DNA from: Malacoraja senta
Taxonomy: Eukaryota
Direction: 5' to 3'
Assembly: GCA_038087875.1 (NCBI GenBank)
Contig: JAXLNO010000467.1
Span: 1-64,000, forward strand
Length of the DNA: 64,000 bases
A model generated the notes under the pieces. The model was not told the DNA's origin and searched no databases. It saw only the letters and a list, made by a program, of their open reading frames with translations. The translations under genes were made by a program, and so were the position numbers. Shown one piece after another: positions 28,461 to 42,321 of this stretch (the first letter of the stretch is position 1; each line of letters opens with the position of its first letter).

Positions 28461-31400
28461 CGGCAACGTCGCCATAAATCCGGCAAGGTCGTCACAAATA
28501 CGGCAAGGTCGCCACATTTCAGGCAAGGTCGCCGCATTTCCGGCAACGTCGCCATAAATCCGGCAAGGTGGACACAAATCCGACAAGGTCGCCATAAATC
28601 CGGCAAGGTCGCCACATTTCCGGCAACGACGCCATAAATCCGGCAAGGTCGCCACAAATCCTGCAAGGTCGTCACATTTCCGGCAAGGACGCCATAAATC
28701 CGGCAAGTTCGGCACAAATCCGGCAAGGTCGTCACAAATCCGGCAAGGTCCCCATATTTTCGGCAAGGTCGCCATAAATCCGGCAAGGTCGCCATAAATC
28801 CGGCAAGATCGCCACAAATCCGGCAATGTCGCCATAAATCCGGCAAGGTCGCCACAAATCCGACAAGGTCGCCATATTTTCGTCACGGTCGCCATATTTC
28901 CGGCAAGGTCGCCATAAATCCGGCAATATCGCCCTATTTCCGGCACGATCGCCATAAATATGGCAAGGTCGCCACATATCCGGCAAGGTCGCCATATTTC
29001 CGGCATGGTCGCCATAAATCCTGCAAGGTCGCCACAAATCCGGCAAGGCCCCCATATTTCCGGCAAGGTCGCCATAAATCCCGCAAGGTCGCCACAAACC
29101 CGGCAAGGTCGCTATATTTCCGGCAAGGTCGCCATAAATCCGGCAAGGTCGCCACAAATTCGGCAAGGTCGCCACATTTGCGGCAACGTCGCCATAAATC
29201 CGGCAAGGTCGCCTCAAATACGGCAAGGTCGCCACTTCCCCGGCAAGGTCGCCATAAATCCGGCTATGTCGCCACAAATGCGTCAAGGTCGCCACATTTC
29301 AGGCAAGGTCGCCGCATTTCCGGCAACGTCGCCATAAATCCGGCAAGGTGGACACAAATCCGACAAGGTCGCCACTAATCCGGCAAGGTCGCCACATTTC
29401 CGGCAAGGACGCCATAATTCCGGCAAGGTCGCCACAAATCCGGCAAGGTCGCCACATTTCCGGCAAGGACGCCATAAATCCGGCAATGTCGCCGCAAATG
29501 CGGCAAGGTCGCCATATTTCCGGCAAGGTCGCCATAAATCCGGCAAGCTCGCCAGAAATGCGTCAAGGTCGACATATTTCCGGCAAGGTCGCCACATTTC
29601 CGGCATGGTCGCCATAAATCCGGCAAGGTCGCCACAAATCCGGCAAGGTCCCCATATTTCTGGCAAGGTCGCCATAAATCCAGCAAGGTCGCCACAAACA
29701 CGGCAAGGTAGCCATATTTCCGGCAAGGTCGCCATAAATCCGGCAAGGTCGCCACAAATCCGGTAAGGTCGCCACATTTGCGGCAACGTCGCCATAAATC
29801 CGGCAAGGTCGCCACAAATACGGCAAGGTCGCCACATCCCCGGCAAGGTCGCCATAAATCCGGATAGGTCGCCACAAATGCGTCAAGGTCGCCACATTTC
29901 AGGCAAGGAGGCCGCATTTCCGGCAACGTCGCCATAAATCCGGCAAGGTGGACACAAATCCGGCAAGGTCGCCATAAATCCGGCAAGGTCGCCACATTTC
30001 CGGCAAGGACGCCATAAACCCGGCAAGGTCGCCACAAATCCGGCAAGGTTGCCACATTTCCGGCAAGGACGCCATAAATCCGGCAAGGTCGGCACAAATC
30101 CGGCAAGGTCGCCACATTTCGTGCAAGGTCGCCATAAATCCGGCACGGTCGCCACAAATTCGGCAAGGTCGCCATATATCCGGCAAGGAACCATATATCC
30201 GGCAAGGTCGCCACAAATCCGGCAAGGTCGCCATATTTCCGACATGGTCGTCATGAATCCGGCAAGGTGGCCACAAATCCGACAAGGTAGCCATATTTCC
30301 GGAAAGTTCGCCATAAATCCGGCATGGTGGCCACAAATCAGGGAAGGTCGCCATATTTCCGGCAAAGTCGCCATACATCCGGCAAGGTCGCCATAAATCC
30401 GGCAAAGTCGCCATATTTCAGGCAAGGTCGCCATAAATCCGGCAAAGTCACCACAAATTCGGCAAGGTCGCCATATTTCCGGCAAGGACGCCATTTATCC
30501 GGCAAGGTCGCCACAAATCCGGCAAGGTTGCCATATTTCCGGCAAGGTCGCCATAAATCCGGCAAGCTCACCACAAAACCGACACGGTCGCCATATTTCC
30601 GGCAAGGTCGCCATAAATCCGGCAAGGTCGCCATATTTCCGGCAGTATCGCCATAAATCCCGCAAGGTCGCCACAAATCCGGCAAGGTCGCCATATTTCC
30701 GGCACGGTCGCCATAAATCCGGCAAGGTCGCCACAAATCCGGCAAGGTCGCCATATTTCCGGCAAGGTCGCCATAAATCCCGCAAGGTCGCCACAAATCC
30801 GGAAAGGTCGCCATATTTCCGGCAGTCGCCATAAATCCGGCAAGGTCGCCACAAATCCGGCAAGGTCACCATATTTCCGGAATGGTCGCCATAAACCCGG
30901 CATGGTGGCCACAAATCAGGGAAGGTCGCCATATTTCCGGCAAAGTCGCCATACATCCGGCAAGGTCGCCATAAACCCGGCAAAGTCGCCATATTTCAGG
31001 CAAGGTCGCCATAAATCCGGCAAGGTCGCCACAAATTCGGCAAGGTCGCCATATTTCCGGCAAGGACGCCACAAATGCGTCACGGTCGACATATTTCCGG
31101 CAAGGTCGCCATATTTCCGGCATGGTCGCCATTAATCCAGCAAGGTCGCCACAAATCCGGCAAGTTCCCCATATTTCCGGCAAGGTCGCCATAAATCCAG
31201 CAAGGTCGCCACAAACCCGGCAAGGTAGCCATATTTCCGGCAAGGTCGCCATAAATCCGGCAAGGTCGCCACAAATCCGGCAAGGTCGCCACATTTGCGG
31301 CAACGTCGCCATAAATCCGGCAAGGTCGCCACAAATACGGCAAGGTCGCCACATCGCCGGCAAGGTCGCCATAAATCCGGCTAGGTCGCCACAAATGCGT

Positions 31401-33519
31401 CAAGGTCGCCACATTTCAGGCAAGGTCGCCGCATTTCCGGCACCGTCGCCATAAATCCGGCAAGGTGAACACAACTCCGTCAAGGTCGCCATAAATCCGG
31501 CAAGGTCGCCACATTTCCGGCAAGGACGCCATAAATCCGGCAAGGTCGCCACAAATCCGGCAAGGTCGCCACATTTCCGGCAAGGACGCCATAAATCCGG
31601 CAACGTCGTCACAAATCTGGCAAGGTCGCCACATTTCCTGCAAGGTCGCCATAAATCCGGCAATGTCGCCACAAATCCGGCAAGGTCGCCATATTTCCGG
31701 CAAGGTCGCCATAAATCCGGCAAGGTCGCCACAAATGCGTCAAGGTCGACATATTTCCGGGACGGCAGCCACAAATCCGGCAAGGTCGCCATAAATCCTG
31801 TAAGGTCGCCACAAATTCGGTAAGGTCGCCATATATCCGGCAAAGTCGGCATATTTCAGGCAAGGTCGCCATAAATCCGGCAAGGTCGCCACAAATTCGG
31901 TAAGGTCGCCATATATCCGGCCACGAACCATATATCCGGCAAGGTCGCCACAAATCCGGCAAGGTCGCCATATTTCCGACATGGTCGTCATAAATCCGGC
32001 ATGGTCGCCAAAAATCCGGCAAGGTCGCCACAAATCCGGCAAGGTCCCCATATTTCCTGCAAGGTCGCCATAAATCCAGCAAGGTCGCCACAAACCCGGC
32101 AAGGTAGCCATATTTCCGGCAAAGTTGCCATAAATCCGGCAAGGTAGCCACAAATCCGGCAAGGTCGCCACATTTGCGGCAACGTCGCAATAAATCCGGC
32201 AAGGTCGCCACAAAAACGGCAAGGTCGCCACATCCCCGGCAAGGTCGACAAATCCGGCTAGGCCGCCACAAATGCGTCAAGGTCGGCACATTTCAGGCAA
32301 GGTCGCCGCATTTCCGGCAACGTCGCCATAAATCCGGCAAGGTGGACACAAATCCGACAAGGTCGCCATAAATCCGGCAAGGTCGCCACATTTCAGGCAA
32401 GGTCGCCATAAATCCGGCAAGGTCGCCACAAATCCGACACGGTCGCCATATTTCCGACATGGTCGTCATAAATCCGGGAAGGTGGCCACAAATCCGACAA
32501 GCTAGCCATATTTCCGATAAGTTCGCCATAAATCCGGCATCGTGGCCACAAATCAGGGAAGGTCGCCATATTTCCGGCAAGATCGCCATAAATCCGGCAA
32601 GGTCGCCACAAATCCGGCAAGGTCGCCATAAATCCGCCAAGGTCGCCAAAAATCCGGCAAGGTCGCCATATTTCCGGCAAGGTCGCCATAAATCCCGCAA
32701 GGTCGCCACAAATCCGGTAAGGTCGCCATATTTCCGGCACTGTCGCCACAAATCCGGCAAGGTCGCCACAAATCCGGCAAGGTCGCCATATTTCCGGCAT
32801 GGTCGCCATAAACCCGACAAGGTCGCCACAAATCCGACAAGTTCTCAATATTTTCGGCAAGGTCGCCATAAATCCGGCAAGGTCGCCATAAATCCGGCAG
32901 TCGCCATATTTCCGGCAAAGTCGCCATAAATGCGGCAAGGACGCCACAAATCCGGCAAGGTCGCCATATTTCCGGCAAGTTCGCCATAAATCCGGCATGG
33001 TGGCCAAAAATTAGGGAAGTTCGACATATTTCCGGCAAGGTCGCCATAAATCCGGCAAGGTCGCCACAAATCCGGCAAGGTCGCCACAAATCCGGCAAGC
33101 TCTCCATATTTCCGGCAAGGTCGCCATAAATCCGGCAAGGTCGCCATAAATCCGGCAGTCGCCATATTTTCGGCAAGGTCGCCATAATTCGGCAAGGTCG
33201 CCACAAATCCGGCAAGGTCGCCATATATCCGGCAAGGACGCCATAAATCCGGCAAGGTCGCCACAGATCCGTCAAGGTTGCCATATTTCCGGCAATATCG
33301 CCATAAATCCGGCAAGGTCGCCACAAATCCGGCAAGGTCGCCATATTTCCCGCAAGTTCGCCATAAATCCAGCATGGTGGCCAAAAATTAGGGAAGTTCG
33401 CCATATTTCCGGCAAGGTCGCCATAAATCCGGCAAGGTCGCCATATTTCCGGCAATATCGCCATAAATCCGGCAAGGTCGCCACAAATCCGGCAAGGTCG
33501 CCATATATCCGGCAAGGTC

Positions 33520-36500
33520 GCCATATTTCCGGCAATATCGCCACAAATCCGGCAAGGTCGCCACAAATCCGGCAAGTTCTCCATATTTCCGGCAAGGTCG
33601 CCATAAATCTGGCAGTCGCCATATTTCCGGCAAGGTCGCCATAAATGCGGCAAGGTCGCCACAAATCCGGCAAGGTCGCCATATATCCGGCAAGGACGAC
33701 ATAAATCCGGCAAGGTCGCCACAAATCCGTCAAGGTTGCCATATTTCCGGCAATATCGCCATAAATCCGGCAAGGTCGCCACAAATCCGGCAAGGTCGCC
33801 ACATTTGCGGCAACGTCGCCAGAAATCCGGCAAGGTCGCTATAAATCCGGCAAGGTCGCCACAAATGCGTCAAGGTCGCCACATTTCAGGCAAGGTCGCC
33901 GCATTGCCGGCAACGTCGCCATAAATCCGGCAAGGTGGACACAAATGCGACAAGGTCGCCATAAATCCGGCAAGGTCGTCACATTTCCGGCAAGGACGCC
34001 ATAAATCCGGCAAGTTCGCCACAAATCCGGCAAGGTCGCCACATTTCCGACAAGGACGCCATAAATCCGGCAAGGTCGGCACACATCCGGCACGGTCGCC
34101 ACATTCCCGGCAAGGTCGCCTTATTTCCTGCAAGGTCGCCATAAATCCGGCAATGTCGCCACAAATGCGGCAAGGTCGCCATATTTCCGGCAAGGTCGCC
34201 ATAAATCCGGCAAGGTCGCCACAAATGCGTCAAGGTCGACATATTTCCGGGACGGTAGCCACAAATCCGGCAAGGTCGCCATAAATCCGGTAAGGTCGCG
34301 ATAAATCCGGCAAAGTCGGCATATTTCAGGCAAGGTCGCCATAAATCCGGCAAGGTCGCCACAAATTCGGCAAGGTCGCCATATATCCGGCAAGGAACCA
34401 TATATCCGGCAAGGTCGCCACACATCCGGCAAGGTTGCCATATTTCCGGCAAGGTGGCCACAAATCCGGCAAGGTCGCCATAAACCCGGCGAGGTCGCCA
34501 TATTTCCGGCAAGGTCGCCATAAATCCGGCATGGTCGCCATAAATCCGGCAAGGTCGCCAAATTTTCGGCAAGGTCGCCATAAACCCGGCAAGGTCGCCA
34601 CAAATCCGGCAAGGTCGCCATAAATCCGTCAAGGTCGCCATAAATCCGGCAAGGTGGCCACAAATCCGGCAAGGTAGCCATTTTTCCGGCAGGGTCGCCA
34701 GAAATCCGGCATCGTGTCCACAAATCATGGAAGGTCGCCATATTTCCGGCGAGTCCGCCATAAATCCAACAAGGTGCCCTTAAATCCGGCAAGGTCGCCA
34801 TATTTTCGGTGAGGTCGCCAGAAATCCGGCAAGGTGGCCTCAAATCCGGCAAGGTCGCCACATTTCCGGCGAGGTCGCCATAAATGCGGCAAGGTCGCCA
34901 TAAATCCGGCAAGGTCGCCACTTTTCAGGCGAGGTCGCCATAAACCCGGCAAGGTCGCCATATTTCCGGCACGGTCGCCATATTTCCGGCACGGTCGCCA
35001 TATTTCCGGCAAGGTCGCCATAAATCCGGCAATGTCGCCATATTTCCGGCACGGTCTCGATAAATCCGGCAAGGTCGCCACAAATCCGGCAAGGCCGCCA
35101 TATTTCAGGCAAGGTCGCCATAAATCTGGCATGATCGCCACAAATCCGGCAAGGTGGCCGTATTTGTGGTGCGATCGCCATAAATCCGGCAAGGTCGCCA
35201 CAAATCCGGCAAGGTCGCCATATTTCCGGCACGGTCGCCATAAATCCGGCAAGTCGCCACAAATCCCGCAAGGTCGCCATATTTCCGGCAAGGTCGCCAT
35301 AAATCCGGCAAGGTCGCCACAAATCCGGCAAGTTCTCCATATTTCCGGCAAGGTCGCCATAAATCCGGCAAGGTCGCCATAAATCCGGCAGTCGCCATAC
35401 TTCCGGCAAGGTCGCCATAAATGCGGCAAGCTCTCCATGTTTCCGGCAAGGTCGCCATAAATCCGGCAAGGTCGCCATAAATCCGGCAGTCGCCATATTT
35501 TCGGCAAGGTCGCCATAAATGCGGCAAGGTCGCCACAAATCCGGCAAGGTCGCCATATATCCGGCAAGGACGCCATAAATCCGGCAAGGTCGCCACAAAT
35601 CCGTCAAGGTTGCCATATTTCCGGCAATATCGCCACAAATCCGGCAAGGTCGCCATAAATCCGGCAAGGTCGCCATATTTCCCGCAATATCGCCACAAAT
35701 CCGGCAAGGTCGCCACAAATCCGGCAAGTTCTCCATATTTCCGGCAAGGTCGCCATAAATCTGGCAGTCGCCATATTTCCGGCAAGGTCGCCATAAATGC
35801 TGCAAGGTCGCCACAAATCCGGCAAGGTCGCCATATATCCGGCAAGGACGACATAAATCCGGCAAGGTCGCCACAAATCCGTCAAGGTTGCCATATTTCC
35901 GGCAATATCGCCATAAATCCGGCAAGGTCGCCACAAATCCGGCAAGGTCGCTACATTTGCGGCAACGTCGCAAGTAATCCGGCAAGGTCGCCATAAATCC
36001 GGCAAGGTCGCCACAAATGCGTCAAGGTCGCCACATTTCAGGCAAGGTCGCCGCATTTCCGGCAACGTCGCCATAAATCCGGCAAGGTGGACATAAATGC
36101 GACAAGGTCGCCATAAATCCGGAAAGGTCGCCACATTTCCGGCAAGGACGCCATAAATCCGGCAAGTTCGCCACAAATCCGGCAAGGTCGCCACATTTCC
36201 GGCAAGGACGCCATAAATCCGGCAAGGTCGGCACACATCCGGCACGGTCGCCACATTCCCGGCAAGGTCGTCTTATTTCCTGCAAGGTCGCCATAAATCC
36301 GGCAATGTCGCCACAAATGCGGCAAGGTCGCCATATTTCCGGCAAGGTCGCCATAAATCCGGCAAGGTCGCCACAAATGCGTCAAGGTCGACATATTTCC
36401 GGGACGGTAGCCACAAATCCGGCAAGGTCGCCATAAATCCGGTAAGGTCGCGATAAATCCGGCAAAGTCGGCATATTTCAGGCAAGGTCGCCATAAATCC

Positions 36501-37400
36501 GGCAAGGTCGCCACAAATTCGGCAAGGTCGCCATATATCCGGCAAGGAACCATATATCCGGCAAGGTCGCCACAAATCCGGCAAGGTTGCCATATTTCCG
36601 GCAAGGTGGCCACAAATCCGGCAAGGTCGCCATAAACCCGGCGAGGTCGCCATATTTCCGGCAAGGTCGCCATAAATCCGGCATGGTCGCCATAAATCCG
36701 GCAAGGTCGCCAAATTTTCGGCAAGGTCGCCATAAACCCGGCAATGTCGCCACAAATCCGGCAAGGTCGCCATAAATCCGTCAAGGTCGCCATAAATCCG
36801 GCAAGGTGGCCACAAATCCGGCAAGGTAGCCATTTTTCCGGCAAGGTCGCCAGAAATCCGGCATCGTGTCCACAAATCAGGGAAGGTCGCCATATTTCCG
36901 GCGAGTCCGCCATAAATCCAACAAGGTGCCCTTAAATCCGGCAAGGTCGCCATATTTTCGGTGAGGTCGCCAGAAATCCGGCAAGGTGGCCTCAAATCCG
37001 GCAAGGTCGCCACATTTCCGGCGAGGTCGCCATAAATGCGGCAAGGTCGCCATAAATCCGGCAAGATCGCCACTTTTCCGGCGAGGTCGCCATAAACCCG
37101 GCAAGGTCGCCATATTTCCGGCACGGTCGCCATATTTCCGGCACGGTCGCCATATTTCCGGCAAGGTCGCCATAAATCCGGCAATGTCGCCATATTTCCG
37201 GCACGGTCTCGATAAATCCGGCAAGGTCGCCACAAATCCGGCAAGGCCGCCATATTTCAGGCAAGGTCGCCATAAATCTGGCATGATCGCCACAAATCCG
37301 GCAAGGTGGCCGTATTTGTGGTGCGATCGCCATAAATCCGGCAAGGTCGCCACAAATCCGGCAAGGTCGCCATATTTCCGGCACGGTCGCCATAAATCCG
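33520..37400 (+). repeat. Duplicated block at offset 2152 bp
   Basis: ORFs 33870/36022, 34326/36478 and 34834/36986. The rare variant tatttgtggtgcgatcgcc occurs at 35161 and 37313. Confidence 0.88.
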
Positions 37401-38890
37401 GCTAGGTCGCCACAAATCCGGCAAGGTCGCCATATTTCCGGCAAGGTCGCCATAAATCCGGCAAGGTCGCCACAAATCCGGCAAGTTCTCCATATTTCCG
37501 GCAAAGTCGCCATAAATCCGGCAAGGTCGCCATAAATCCGGCAGTCGCCATATTTCCGGCAAGGTCGCCATAAATGCGGCAAGGTCGCCACAAATCCGGC
37601 AAGGTCGCCATATATCCGGCAAGGACGCCATAAATCCGGAAAGGTCGCCACAAATCCGGCGAGGTGGCCACAAATCAGGGAAGTTCGCCATATTTCCGGC
37701 AAGGTCGCCATAAACCCGGCAAGGTCGCCACATTTCCGGCGAAGTCGCCATATTTCCGGCAAGGTCGCCATAAATCCGGCAAGGTCGCCATAAATCCGGC
37801 AAGGTCACCACAAATCCGGCAAGGTCGCCATAAATCCGTCAAGGTCGCCATAAATCCGGCAAGGTGGCCACAAATCCGGCAAGGTAGCCATTTTTCCGGC
37901 AAGGTCGCCAGAAATCCGGCATCGTGTCCACAAATCAGGGAAGGTCGCCATATTTCCGGCGAGTCCGCCATAAATCCAACAAGGTGCCCTTAAATCCGGC
38001 AAGGTCGCCATATTTTCGGTGAGGTCGCCAGAAATCCGGCAAGGTGTCCTCAAATCCGGCAAGGTCGCCACATTTCCGGCGAGGTCGCCATAAATGCGGC
38101 AAGGTCGCCATAAATCCGGCAAGATCGCCACTTTTCCGGCGAGGTCGCCATAAACCCGGCAAGATCGCCATATTTCCGGCACGGTCGCCATATTTCCGGC
38201 ACGGTCGCCATATTTCCGGCAAGGTCGCCATAAATCCGGCAATGTCGCCATATTTCCGGCACGGTCTCGATAAATCCGGCAAGGTCGCCACAAATCCGGC
38301 AAGGCCGCCATATTTCAGGCAAGGTCGCCATAAATCTGGCATGATCGCCACAAATCCGGCAAGGTTACCGTATTTGTGGTGCGATCGCCATAAATCCGGC
38401 AAGGTCGCCACAAATCCGGCAAGGTCGCCATATTTCCGGCACGGTCGCCATAAATCCGGCTAGGTCACCACAAATCCGGCAAGGTCGCCATATTTCCGGC
38501 AAGGTCGCCATAAATCCGGCAAGGTCGCCACAAATCCGGCAAGTTCTCCATATTTCCGGCAAGGTCGCCATAAATCCGGCAAGGTCGCCATAAATCCGGC
38601 AGTCGCCATATTTCCGGCAAGGTCGCCATAAATGCGGCAAGGTCGCCACAAATCCGGCAAGGTCGCCTTATATCCGGCAAGGACGCCATAAATCCGGAAA
38701 GGTCGCCACAAATCCGTCGAGGTGGCCACAAATCAGGGAAGTTCGCCATATTTCCGGCAAGGTCGCCATAAACCCGGCAAGGTCGCCACATTTCCGGCGA
38801 AGTCGCCATATTTCCGGCAAGGTCGCCATAAATCCGGCAAGGTCGCCATAAATCCGGCAAGGTCACCACAAATCCGGCAAGGTCGCCATA
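36750..38890 (+). repeat. Tandem duplication, unit 1058 bp
   Basis: ORFs 36877/37935, 36986/38044 and 37402/38460; tatttgtggtgcgatcgcc at 37313 and 38371. Confidence 0.88.
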
Positions 38891-38981
38891 TATCCGGCAA
38901 GGACGACATAAATCCGGCAAGGTCGCCACAAATCCGTCAAGGTTGCCATATTTCCGGCAATATCGCCATAAATCCGGCAAG

Positions 38982-41900
38982 GTCGCCACAAATCCGGCAA
39001 GGTCGCCACATTTGCGGCAACGTCGCCAGAAATCCGGCAAGGTCGCCATAAATCCGGCAAGGTCGCCACAAATGCGTCAAGGTCACATTTCAGGCAAGGT
39101 CGCCGCATTTCCGGCAACGTCGCCATAAATCCGGCAACGTGGACACAAATGCGACAAGGTCGCCATAAATCCGGCAAGGTCGCCACATTTCCGGCAAGGA
39201 CGCCATAAATCCGGCAAGGTCGGCACACATCCGGCAAGGTCGCCACATTCCCGGCAAGGTCGCCTTATTTCCTGCAAGGTCGCCATAAATCCGGCAATGT
39301 CGCCACAAATGCGGCAAGGTCGCCATATTTCCGGCAAGGTCGCCATAAATCCGGCAAGGTCGCCACAAATGCGTCAAGGTCGACATATTTCCGGGACGGT
39401 AGCCACAAATCCGGCAAGGTCGCCATAAAGCCGGTAAGGTCGCGATAAATCCGGCAAGTCGGCATATTTCAGGCAAGGTCGCCATAAATCCGGCAAGGTC
39501 GCCACAAATTCGGCAAGGTCGCCATATATCCGGCAAGGAACCATATATCCGGCAAGGTCGCCACAAATCCGGCAAGGTTGCCATATTTCCGGCAAGGTGG
39601 CCACAAATCCGGCAAGGTCGCCATAAACCCGGCGAGGTCGCCATATTTCCGGCATGGTCGCCATAAATCCGGCATGGTCGCCATAAAACCGGCAAGGTCG
39701 CCAAACTTCCGGCAAGGTCGCCATAAACCCGGCAAGGTCGCCAGAAATCCGGCAAGGTGCCCACAAATCCGGCAAGGTAGCCATTTTTTCCGGCAAGGTC
39801 GCCATAAATCCGGCATGGTGTCCACAAATCAGGGAAGGTCGCCATATTTCCGGCGAGTTCGCCAAAAATCCAACAAGGTGCCCTTAAACCCGGCAAGGTC
39901 GTCATATTTTCGGTGAGGTCGCCAGAAATCCGGCAAGGTGGCCTCAAATCCGGCAAGGTCGCCACATTTCCGGCGAGGTCGCCATAAATGCGGCAAGGTC
40001 GCCATAAATCCGGCAAGGTCGCCACAAATCCGGCAAGGTCGCCATATTTCCGGCACGGTCGCCATAAATCCGGCAAGGTCACCACAAATCCGGCAAGGTC
40101 GCCATATTTCCGGCAAGGTCGCCATAAATCCCGCAAGGTCGCCACAAATCCGGCAAGGTCGCCATATTTCCGGCAAAGTCGCCATAAATCCGGCAAGGTA
40201 GCCACAAATCCGGCAAGTTCTCCATATTTCCGGCAAGGTCGCCATAAATCCGGCAAGGTCGCCATAAATCCGGCAGTCGCCATATTTCCGGCAAGGTCGC
40301 CATAAATGCGGCAAGGTCGCCACAAATCCGGCAAGGTCGCCATATATCTGGCAAGGACGCCATAAATCCGGAAAGGTCGCCACAAATCCGGCGAGGTGGC
40401 CACAAATCAGGGAAGTTCGCCATATTTCCGGCAAGGTCGCCATAAACCCGGCAAGGTCGCCACATTTCCGGCGAAGTCGCCATATTTCCGGCAAGGTCGC
40501 CATAAATCCGGCAAGGTCGCCATAAATCCGGCAAGGTCGCCACAAATCCGGCAGAGTCGCCTATTTCCGGCAAGGTCGCCATAAATCCGGCACGGCCGCC
40601 ACAAATCCGGCATGGTCGCCATATTTCCGGCAAAGTCGCATGAATCCGGCAGTCGCCACAAATCCGGCAAGGTCGCCACATTTGCGGCAACGTCGCCAGA
40701 AATCCGGCAAGGTCGCCATAAATCCGGCAAGGTCGCCACAAATGCGTCAAGGTCACATTTCAGGCAAGGTCGCCGCATTTCCGGCAACGTCGCCATAAAT
40801 CCGGCAACGTGGACACAAATGCGACAAGGTCGCCATAAATCCGGCAAGGTCGCCACATTTCCGGCAAGGACGCCATAAATCCGGCAAGGTCGGCACACAT
40901 CCGGCAAGGTCGCCACATTCCCGGCAAGGTCGCCTTATTTCCTGCAAGGTCGCCATAAATCCGGCAATGTCGCCACAAATGCGGCAAGGTCGCCATATTT
41001 CCGGCAAGGTCGCCATAAATCCGGCAAGGTCGCCACAAATGCGTCAAGGTCGACATATTTCCGGGACGGTAGCCACAAATCCGGCAAGGTCGCCATAAAG
41101 CCGGTAAGGTCGCGATAAATCCGGCAAGTCTGCATATTTCAGGCAAGGTCGCCATAAATCCGGCAAGGTCGCCACAAATTCGGCAAGGTCGCCATATATC
41201 CGGCAAGGAACCATATATCCGGCAAGGTCGCCACAAATCCGGCAAGGTTGCCATATTTCCGGCAAGGTGGCCACAAATCCGGCAAGGTCGCCATAAACCC
41301 GGCGAGGTCGCCATATTTCCGGCATGGTCGCCATAAATCCGGCATGGTCGCCATAAAACCGGCAAGGTCGCCAAACTTCCGGCAAGGTCGCCATAAACCC
41401 GGCAAGGTCGCCAGAAATCCGGCAAGGTGCCCACAAATCCGGCAAGGTAGCCATTTTTTCCGGCAAGGTCGCCATAAATCCGGCATGGTGTCCACAAATC
41501 AGGGAAGGTCGCCATATTTCCGGCGAGTTCGCCAAAAATCCAACAAGGTGCCCTTAAACCCGGCAAGGTCGTCATATTTTCGGTGAGGTCGCCAGAAATC
41601 CGGCAAGGTGGCCTCAAATCCGGCAAGGTCGCCACATTTCCGGCGAGGTCGCCATAAATGCGGCAAGGTCGCCATAAATCCGGCAAGGTCGCCACAAATC
41701 CGGCAAGGTCGCCATATTTCCGGCACGGTCGCCATAAATCCGGCAAGGTCACCACAAATCCGGCAAGGTCGCCATATTTCCGGCAAGGTCGCCATAAATC
41801 CCGCAAGGTCGCCACAAATCCGGCAAGGTCGCCATATTTCCGGCAAAGTCGCCATAAATCCGGCAAGGTAGCCACAAATCCGGCAAGTTCTCCATATTTC

Positions 41901-42321
41901 CGGCAAGGTCGCCATAAATCCGGCAAGGTCGCCATAAATCCGGCAGTCGCCATATTTCCGGCAAGGTCGCCATAAATGCGGCAAGGTCGCCACAAATCCG
42001 GCAAGGTCGCCATATATCTGGCAAGGACGCCATAAATCCGGAAAGGTGGCCATAAATCCGGCGAGGTGGCCACAAATCAGGGAAGTTCGCCATATTTCCG
42101 GCAAGGTCGCCATAAACCCGGCAAGGTCGCCACATTTCCGGCGAAGTCGCCATATTTCCGGCAAGGTCGCCATAAATCCGGCAAGGTCGCCATAAATCCG
42201 GCAAGGTCGCCACAAATCCGGCAGAGTCGCCTATTTCCGGCAAGGTCGCCATAAATCCGGCACGGCCGCCACAAATCCGGCATGGTCGCCATATTTCCGG
42301 CAAAGTCGCATGAATCCGGCA
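38982..42321 (+). repeat. Near-identical tandem duplication, unit 1670 bp
   Basis: ORFs 39090/40760, 39374/41044, 39829/41499 and 40396/42066 are all +1670 with very few differences. Confidence 0.92.
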